A DNA stretch of 63,220 nucleotides, filler included. It is 15 parts of 15 records of this genome, joined end to end, with 100 filler letters (N's around TTAATTAATTAA, not from the genome) between each part and the next. Parts side by side here need not be neighbours in the genome. Positions count along the whole stretch, not along the records: positions 55,210 to 59,386 come from SRR15195285_9180; positions 59,487 to 63,220 come from SRR15195285_9199; 13 more parts are not named here. The stretch is one strand, 5' to 3'. The notes under the pieces are model-generated. The model was given only the letters and a program-made list of their open reading frames with translations, did not search any database and was not told the origin of the DNA. Of this stretch, positions 55,210 through 63,220 are shown in pieces; positions within the stretch are counted from its first letter, which is position 1; every line of letters starts with the position of its first letter. Made by a program: the position numbers and the translations under genes.

Positions 55210-56244
55210 CCTGAGCCTGAGCCTGAGCCTGAGCCTGACCCTGAGCGAGAGCCGCAACCCCAGCCGATTTCTGGGATACAGGAAATGCAGGAGGCGCTGG
55301 ACGCTGCCCGGAAACAGAATGCAGCGAAAGTGATTGCCGAGGTCATTGGCGAAGACGACAGCGGCACGAATAGTGATGAAAGTGAGGCTTGTGGCAGCAG
55401 TGGTGATGAGGTGGCGGACGCGTGTAAGAAAGACCAAACAGATGATGAAGCAGTGGCTCACAACCAATCAGCAAACCTCGGCAAGCTAGACCGTGAGGGC
55501 TTGCTAGAACTCTGCAAGATGATGATAGGTGCGGGTGCAAATGTTGACCAGGACAGACGAGCGAATGACGCGGCGCGTTATGTAGATGATGCAATTGCTT
55601 TGCTCGCTGATGAAAAGGGTGAGGTAACGTTTGAAGAGTTTGAAGACTGGTGGTCGAAGAATCGGCAACACCAGTCTCACGGCATAGCTATGCAGGAGCA
55701 TTCGTCTAACTCGCGAACAGCTACCGATGGGGCTGAAGGCTTGGATTCAATGGAGGACCGATTCGCTGCCGCGCAGGCGGCAATCATTGCGTCACTGAAT
55801 GCAAGCGACGACCATGTACCAAACGAGGATGCGGTTGCGGCGGCCATCGCGGCAGCAGACGAAGCCGTTGGCACGTCAGGCTCACCGAGTACATTTCCAG
55901 ACGCTACCACTGTACCCACGTCTACGGGAAGACAAACCCTTGCACCCTCTAGTCTCACGAGCCGTTGCTTGTCCAGCCTCGCTGGTTTAGTAGGCCTAGG
56001 TAGCGGTGCAGAGGACGACGCAGAGCAACGCAGAAAGGATGCAGCAATGGTGGCCGAATTGTTGCGTCAAGAAGGCGCATCCGAGGAGGCGATCGCTGCC
56101 GTGTCTAGAGCCGCTCCGTCAAACCACCCGGGCTCGCGAGGGGATAAGTATGGCATGATGATGCTTTATTTGCAGGCCGGGGCCGCGGGGGTGGGTGCTG
56201 CCGCAGTGGCTTGGGCGGCACAGGCGAGCATGATGTCTGGATGA
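55210..56244 (+). CDS. 3' part of a protein with an EF-hand-like motif and hydrophobic C-terminus
   Basis: Starts in a PE repeat at the contig edge; DEKGEVTFEEFEDWW; hydrophobic tail. Confidence 0.65.
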   Translation, partial: PEPEPEPEPDPEREPQPQPISGIQEMQEALDAARKQNAAKVIAEVIGEDDSGTNSDESEACGSSGDEVADACKKDQTDDEAVAHNQSANLGKLDREGLLELCKMMIGAGANVDQDRRANDAARYVDDAIALLADEKGEVTFEEFEDWWSKNRQHQSHGIAMQEHSSNSRTATDGAEGLDSMEDRFAAAQAAIIASLNASDDHVPNEDAVAAAIAAADEAVGTSGSPSTFPDATTVPTSTGRQTLAPSSLTSRCLSSLAGLVGLGSGAEDDAEQRRKDAAMVAELLRQEGASEEAIAAVSRAAPSNHPGSRGDKYGMMMLYLQAGAAGVGAAAVAWAAQASMMSG

Positions 56245-56382
56245 CTTTGGATCACATGTATTGGCATTTGACATGTGTACTGGAATAGGTGGAAGTAGTG
56301 TGATCAATATCAATTAGTCCATGCTGAGATTCATCACTTGTAGTAAGCACTTGTGGCCGCGTGCCAGAGACGACAGTTGCAT

Positions 56383-58546
56383 TCAGTCCACGTGTTCTGT
56401 TGTGATGGTTGGATCCAAGAACAATCGTTCGCCTCCTGCGTGAGCAAAGCTCCGTACGGAAGCCATGCTGTCACTTGGCGTCTCGTTCGCATCCGAACGA
56501 ATAGACTGCATAAGACACGAGTTTTCAACAACGCGAGTCACGCTGTGCGATACCATTTATGCACAGAAGGTATAGGCCACGCACGAGAGGAGTCGCCAGA
56601 GGTGACGAGGGTGGCTGATTCCTTCTTAGCGGCTGCGGGGACTCCCAAAGCGTAGTATCGGCCTCCGAATCTGGCTTGTCTGCCCCGTCCCCAATCCAAT
56701 TGACAAGCTCTTCGAGATCGGAGCGCTGCAAACCAAACAACCGCTCAGGTGTATTCTGGGGGGCGAGGGGGGTCGGTGGAGGTGGCTCGACTTTCGCTCA
56801 CCTGAGTGACCGCAGGCAGTCGGAAAACACGTTCGTAGTACTGCCGTAGCTCCTCCGAGCGCTGGATGGCGTGCTCTCGCTCTTCTTCTTCTGTGGGCGA
56901 TCCTCCTGTGGTGTGCAGGCACATGAGCACAGGAGGTGGCGATTGCTAGCTAATGATCATGAAACGCGCGCAGTCTTTATCTACAGCGTGGGGTGTGCTG
57001 AAAGAAGACCACGCTCGCGTGAGATAGATTTCGCACCAAGCAGCCGTGCCGCTAGAGTTCTGGTGGTGCGATGCGGCGGATACACCACAGGTGGCCATGC
57101 GCCCTCGAACAGGCCAGCCGACTCCATAGCTTCGTGCTTGGCATGGCCATAAGAGAACCGAACAATCATGGGGAGCTGTTGACAGACATCGCGCGCACGC
57201 ACGCGGTTAGTGCAGGCAAGCCACCTCCTAGAGCACTCGTGCTGGTTTGCGGGCCACCTCACCTCGCGCCCGTCAGAATTGGCGCAGGCTGCAGCGACTG
57301 CAGCCTCCGCAATGTCTTCGTGCGAAGATGTTCTCCCTCCTGTGGGCGACGGCGTTCCTTGATTCAAATCCTGCACGTCTGTAGGCACAGATCCACCAAC
57401 TCCACCGCTCGGACTCAACGCTAGCTCCGGTTCAGCCTCTCGGTCCGCACCAGCTGCCGACGGCGTCTGAGGCATGGCTGGTTGATGCGGTGTGTGTGGA
57501 GCAGCGTATGCATGAGAACGGCTGAAACGCTTCGGTGGTAGCTGCACAGCAAACTCGAAGAGGAAGAAATCCACCGCCCGCTCAGAGTCTGAATCACCTG
57601 CCCGCGGAGTGCCCCAGCTCGCCGTTCGACGGACGGACCCGGGCTTCATGAGTACGGTGTGGATCTTCACTACACGGGTCACGCCTGCCGCAGCTTCGTG
57701 CGCGTTCCAAGTTGGGTGACGCGCGAGGATCTTCTCTGCCACCTGCGTTGCGACCTGTCCTTTTGCTACTTCGCTTGCCTCCCGTACGTCTGACACACTA
57801 CGGAGAAGCTCGCGCGTAGCCTGGCGCTGCACTTTCTGTCGCCACTTGCGCGAAATCGTGCTCGCCGCAGTATGCGTCTGTGCAACATCGCTGAGAGCCT
57901 GCGCGTGCTGGCGCTGCAATAGCCGCACTTCGGCCAGCTTGTATTCTAGTTGGCGCTGAAGCTCTCGGGTGGCGTCGCTGTCTGTGGCCGACGCAGCCTG
58001 TGTCACCGCGTCCGGGGAGGTGACCGGTGTTACTGGCGCGTCCTGGTTTGCAGCTGCGGGCGTGCTGGTGGAGCGCAGCCTGGTAGCCTCGTTACTGGCC
58101 AGGAGCCTGGCAAGTGCCGCTTCCTGCCGCTCCTGCTCGGGGCTCTTCTCATCGCCCGCCGTCCACGAGTGCCGCCTCCGCCTCGGTCGAGCAAACTCCT
58201 TCGGCTGCGAGCTCACGGGGGCCACGCGATCGAGCGTTTTCATGAGTAGCTGCGGCGACGGCCTGATTGTGTCGGCGAGTGCCTGCGCCGCACTCGCGTC
58301 CACAGCCTCCGCGCCCGCCTTCGCGCACCTATATACCGCGAAACCCGCCCCAATGGACGCCCCAATGCCCAGCCCGATCGTCGGCGAAGCCCCACGAGCG
58401 CTGGACTGCGACCCTACATTCGCCGCCGATTGCATCAGCATCGCCCCGACCTGCGCCGCACCATCCGCGGCTGCCGCCGCCAACGGCGCCGCGACATTCG
58501 CCGCCGATTCCATCAGCGGCGCCGCCATCTTCCCCACCCCCTCCAT
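56383..58546 (-). CDS. Coiled-coil protein with probable divergent PX-like domain; inferred introns 57262-57176, 57036-56906, 56801-56726, 56584-56506
   Basis: GT-AG introns chain five exons in frame. FFLFEFAV...VRFSY...YPP...QRSEELRQYYERVF resembles a PX domain. Confidence 0.6.
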
Positions 58547-58880
58547 CTTTCAATCTCGTGCTTCAAGCTGCAGAGCGCCAGGGCGGGGCCTTATAACCGG
58601 CAGCGCTCCTAGCCCTTAGCCCTTACGGTCGCAGACTGGCTCAGAATGTGAGAATTCAATCCTCAGCAGAGTCAAAACCATGGGAATTTAAGGAGTAAGC
58701 CCGCCCCCGGGTCAACGCCCTCCGGCCGGCGGCGGCGGCCGCGGCTCTCGTCGAGGAGGAGCCGAATCGCGTCAGTCGAGTCAGGAGGAATTAATCGAAG
58801 AGGCACGAGAATTCTGAATTGCATGTAGCCCTTCCCTGGACGTTCCGACGCTTCAGGTCGGAATCACATTTCTGAGTGCT

Positions 58881-58947
58881 TCCCGTTGTGACACCGAGTC
58901 CATGGGCATGGACTCGGTTGTCGCATGGACTCGGTGTCACAACGGGA
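58881..58947. repeat. Perfect 24-bp inverted repeat with an internal partial arm copy (MITE-like or palindromic element)
   Basis: TCCCGTTGTGACACCGAGTCCATG / CATGGACTCGGTGTCACAACGGGA; the spacer contains CATGGACTCGGT again. Confidence 0.9.
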
Positions 58948-59016
58948 GGGTGTGGGGTGCGGGGTGCGGGGTGCGGGGTGTGAGGTGAGTCCACTATGGA
59001 CTGTGTGGGGTGCCAA

Positions 59017-59386
59017 CTAGGGGGTGTGGGTCGAGGCGCGCATTTTGCACCATGCCGCTGGCTGTGCCGCTGCCGCTGCCACTCCCGCTGCCGCTGGCTG
59101 TGCCACTGCTGCCCACTCTGTAAAGCAGATGTCCAGGGCCTCTCCTGGGTCCCCACTATCACTTCTGCGCAGGGCAACCAGCGCCTGGACCAGCGTCAGT
59201 CCGCTGTCACCCCCCACTACCCCTAAAAACTTCTTCACCCCCTCCTCCTCCCGTTTTGAGGGCGAGGGAAAGTGTCCCCACTTCTGCCTGGTCAGCACCT
59301 CGAAGAAGTTGGTGGCGGGGGAGACGGGATCACCCCACTCCTCCATACCCTCCCCATCTTCCAGGGGGTACTCCACCCAGAACTCA
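59017..59386 (-). CDS. Possible 3' end of a gene or element ORF (UBA-like tail)
   Basis: Open frame from the contig edge; QALVALRRSDSGDPGEALD loosely resembles a UBA domain. Confidence 0.3.
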
Positions 59387-59486
59387 NNNNNNNNNNNNNN
59401 NNNNNNNNNNNNNNNNNNNNNNNNNNNNNNTTAATTAATTAANNNNNNNNNNNNNNNNNNNNNNNNNNNNNNNNNNNNNNNNNNNN

Positions 59487-59516
59487 CCCCGGTGTCAAAC
59501 CACTGTCACAACGCCC
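59487..59516. mobile_element. 30-bp terminal inverted repeat, left end of last contig
   Basis: CCCCGGTGTCAAACCACTGTCACAACGCCC is the exact reverse complement of 63191-63220. Confidence 0.6.
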
Positions 59517-59614
59517 TTTGCCCTCGCACAAATGGCCACGAGAAGAACGGCAGAGTAAACAACGCGATGCGACGCACTCTGTCTCGTCTTGCGCAACTGT
59601 TTTGATTCGCGCAC

Positions 59615-62600
59615 TTGCTTGCTTTTGTCCCCAGAGACTGCACTACGCTTTGTGTCGTGGCTGAGCAACTTTGCTCGGCTGCTGCGCACCATCCGACTCT
59701 GCCGCAAATCGTGGCGCGCCTTGACTTCGTCTGCAAAGTGTGCTGATGCTTTCACAACGCCATGCGTCTTCCATTGGAAGGTGGTGCGATCGAGCCCGCC
59801 TGCGGACACCACTCGTTCTGCGTCGGACAAAAACCGAACGCACATTACGTGCGACGCATGCCCGCGGAACGAATGGTGGGGTGACGCGGTTCTCGTGGAG
59901 TCGATCAGTTCTGGCGCGATGCTATGCCGCCGACTTGGATCTCCAGTAGCATAGTCACCCAGTACACTTGGATAGTGGTACAGGCCAACTGTCCCGTCGT
60001 CATTCGCCGTGACCAAATGTCCGCGCGAGTAAGCTCGTTGTTCATCGGCCAATCCTGGACTCACCACCTCACGCATCGTCTTGCCTTTTAGCATGGGCGA
60101 CCGATCGCAGGCATTGATATCTGTCCCATCCATGTCTGGCTCCCAGATGCCCATTACCGGAAACCCAAGCGTGCTGGTCCACGTTTCCCAGATTCTATCG
60201 CGTTGATTGCGCTGGATTTGTTTGCACACAGGCCATACCTCACCATTAGCGAGCATCAACTTGCTGCCAGCCATTCGTTTTTGGCGATCAAGCTCCGGCA
60301 GAAAATAGAGAGTTTCGTAAGCCCCACAAACCGTTTGCAGCATAAAGCCACCCTCTGTATCACTACGCCCGAACGGGTACGGAATAGTCACGTCTTGCTT
60401 GCTCCAATCCACATGCTTGATGTAACTAGAGTGACAACTACATACACCCACGGGCTCGAAAGCCTCCTTCTGTGCTTGGCCTTCGGCCGGCTCAAAGTCT
60501 TGGGGGGCCGTCCACACTTGATTGGTGTCATCCATGGACGTTTTTCCGATGACATACGTGAAGTTGTCGTGGCTGCCAGCCGCAAGCAGTGTAGAATCAG
60601 ACGAGAATGACAACACATCAATCTCCTCCTGTGATACCTTGTCCTCGTACACCAGGACGGGTGGCTCAGGTGAATTTGGGAGCTCTATATCATACTCCTT
60701 CGTCCAGCTCGTCTTGTCTTTGCAATACCACACCTGAATCACACCGCCAAGGTCCTCAGGCACATCTTCTCGCGCACAAACTTCACCAAAACTGCCTTTG
60801 AGCTGGACGTGCTGCAGAGGAACAGCAATGGCAATGTCCATGTATGGGTGGGCGTCTCGCGGAAGCATGTACTGGAACGTGTCGCAGTTTGCCTCGCCGG
60901 CCGGAGGAGACGGCGGAGAATCGTCACCTTTGTGAACCTGAACTTGCTTGACGGTCCCTGTGCGTTCGCGGATGATCTGAACCCACACCCTTTTCGGCGC
61001 ATGTGAATCCAGCTCATCTACCCAGCTCGGAAGCCTCGCCGTGATCTGCTCGCTCCTCTGCCGCACACCGCTTGTTGACACAGCCAGCATTGTACCATCA
61101 GGACTGAATGCACACGCCCGAGCCATCAGCAAATCACCTATGCTACAACCTCGTGGCACGTTACTTCCTTTCAAGCCACCATGCCGACGGATTTCGTGCT
61201 TGCGCAGATGCTTGCGGCTAACAGAGTCGAAAACATACACGTAGCCGTCCTCACATGCCGTTGCGTAAATGCGCCCTGTCGACTCCGCCGGGTCCTCACC
61301 CGGATCCCCGATTACTGGGTACGGAGCAACGCCCTGCACACTGGCGCTCTGCCCTTCGAGCAGGAAGTCAAACTCGTGGTCCCCAGGCTTACCTGCTTTG
61401 TTTGGCCTTGGCTCGAAAGGCCCTTCTTCACTGGATGCATCCTGGACGATTTCCCAAATGTCATTCTCTGTGTCGCCAGCACATATTTTGCGCTGCCACT
61501 TGTCGCCAACCTGAAAGTCGCAGCAATCCATGCCGATGAACATACGCGGCGGCCCCGTCCGATCTTGCCACCGTGCGTCAAATTCACGCAAGGGTGTCAG
61601 CATGTCGACTCCAGCCGACATCTTCAGTTTCGGGATGTTGTGCGTCCGTTTCAGCCCGCCCGTCTGTCCGCCGGAAAGTCCTTCTGGAGACATCTGCCAC
61701 TCAATGATCCGGCCGTCACCGCCGCCGGAGAACACAACGTCCCAAGTTTCTGCGAGCACTAGCGCCGTGCAACCACCACCCTTGACGTCCCATTGCCCTT
61801 CCTTGGTACCATCCTTGATGCGCGTAGCAGGTGCGTGCGCGTGCTGGATCTCTTGAACTGCTACTGTCTTGAGCTCCCGGCGCGTGTCGAGCTTCTTCAG
61901 GTCGACCTTCTGCGCGAGAGCCTTCCTCTGGAATGCCTGCTGCTTTGCGGTGAGCCCGTTATCAGACTCTTCCGGGTGCGCCAGGACCGTGATGCTGCCA
62001 TTCGGTCCACCAACAAGCACCATGTTCACCGGTAGATAGCAGAGACATAAAACGTCTTGTTTCTCGGCGTTGGCGGTACTTCTGGCCGGAGTCGTGAACA
62101 TTGCTGCCTTTCCGCTGATCGATGCCTGCACAGAAGGACGCGCGTTTCCGTATTGGTCTGTACGTCGCTCAGAAGTTCCAGCCTCGTCGATAAAAGGCGC
62201 GTTCCGATCTGACTCTTCATAGTGCCAAAACGTCACGTGCATCTTGCCCCAGGTCGCAAAAGTGGACCGATGGCAATGATCCTCGTTCAGGAATGGGTTG
62301 AATGCGCACCCGAACACTTGCGGAGGAGTGCCCTTTAATCCTGTCTGAGAGCATGTTGGCACTGTTATCACGGGGAACTTTCCGCCGTCTGCATCGTGCT
62401 TCCAGTGCCACAGGTTCACGGTGTGATCGGTATCCTTCGATACTGTCAACAGGACATCACCCTCTCCTCGCGCTAAACGTCCAAGGGGAACCTGTGAAAA
62501 CGCCATGCAACTGAGGCCCTCCTTCTGCGGCAGATTGACCTGCACTGGCTTTGTCCAGCCGTACGGACCACTGCGGGTTTGCTCGTTCCATATGAACACA

Positions 62601-63170
62601 GGCGAAACGAGAGTCTGCTTCTTGCCCTTCTCGCTGAGAGAAGAGATGCTGGCTGCCCCGACTGACGACCACGGGCCACAAATTTGACCTGTTGCAGCTA
62701 TTTCGCGGCTCGGATGCATGCATATGGCTGTGATGTCGTCACTGTGTTTCAGGAAGAATTTTTGCTCCACCTTTCGCTTCTCTTCAGGGCTGTCATCGGC
62801 GCCAGCATTCTCGTAGTTGCAGACTATTCCAACTGCTGCGGCGTAGTAGACCAAGCAACCGTACTGGTTGTCTGTGCCACGCCGACTGTAGAACAGATTG
62901 TTCGAGGTGTTTAGCAGACCGCTGAAGCCGTGTACATGCTCCAGCTTCAGATAGGCCTCTGGCTTGCGCTCCAAAACTTTGCAGGCTTCGGTGAAGTAGT
63001 CTTCCCAATCGGATGGGGCGTAGACTCCGGACTTGGCAAATCGCGGTGCCTTCTGAATCATACCCTGCCACTTCCAAAGGTAATGCTGGTACTTGCGCGA
63101 CTTGTCACGGGGGAACGCGCCGTCCCGCGAGCCTTCCAGCGACATCACATGTGCGTCGCCTGAGAACAGC
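59615..63170 (-). CDS. EML: Echinoderm microtubule-associated protein-like (HELP + WD40), large internal exon
   Basis: LKLEHVHGF, YYAAAVGIV, FLKHSDDI, GSHDN, HSSYIKHVDWS, GFPVMGIW, DGTDINACDRS and GHASHVMCVRF. Probable acceptor at 63171 and donor at 59614. Confidence 0.9.
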
Positions 63171-63190
63171 CTGCGCACGAAGACATCAAT

Positions 63191-63220
63191 GGGCGTTGTG
63201 ACAGTGGTTTGACACCGGGG
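63191..63220. mobile_element. 30-bp terminal inverted repeat, right end of last contig
   Basis: GGGCGTTGTGACAGTGGTTTGACACCGGGG pairs exactly with 59487-59516. Confidence 0.6.

Noticed and set aside
58881-59386. ORF tail plus downstream hairpin as a Helitron 3' end
   Set aside because: No CTRR terminus at the expected spacing and no Rep/helicase motifs in the ORF.
3704-59486. Regularly recurring TTAATTAATTAA flanked by Ns, read as a biological repeat or array
   Set aside because: Fixed 44+12+44 structure with stops in all frames: a concatenation linker. Gene neighbourhoods across it are also meaningless.

Overview
This is not one continuous locus. It is 15 short contigs (about 3-6 kb each) joined by an artificial 100-bp spacer (44 N + TTAATTAATTAA + 44 N), so gene order across spacers means nothing. 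The DNA is GC-rich, gene-dense eukaryotic nuclear sequence in the standard genetic code, with GT-AG introns of about 74-157 nt. It looks like a heterotrophic marine protist; the Pro-Glu-repeat-rich proteins remind me of Picozoa, but that is an unverified impression. Recognisable genes include a METTL21-like methyltransferase, GH31, GH32, a GH141-like beta-helix protein, a C2-CaMK kinase, ProX/PRORSD1, a PX-VPS9 GEF, a giant lectin mosaic, AP-1 gamma adaptin, CysRS, an MFS transporter, an S10 carboxypeptidase with saposin-like domains, a LamG protein, an Ldh_2 dehydrogenase, a TPR protein, an EPC-bromo-PHD-WW protein, an LRR protein and an EML protein. Best leads: (1) an ADP-ribosyltransferase fused to a caspase-like protease, with catalytic motifs in both halves; (2) a dispersed family of short perfect palindromes sharing TGACACCG/CGTTGTGACA, including 30-bp inverted ends on the last contig; (3) a disordered protein with an SLRPGG motif and a YxxxxL-hydrophobic eIF4E-binding motif but no visible HEAT domain; (4) carbohydrate enzymes with nested domain insertions or lost catalytic residues. 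No rRNA, tRNA or CRISPR array was seen. All family calls are by-eye motif recognition; no searches were run.
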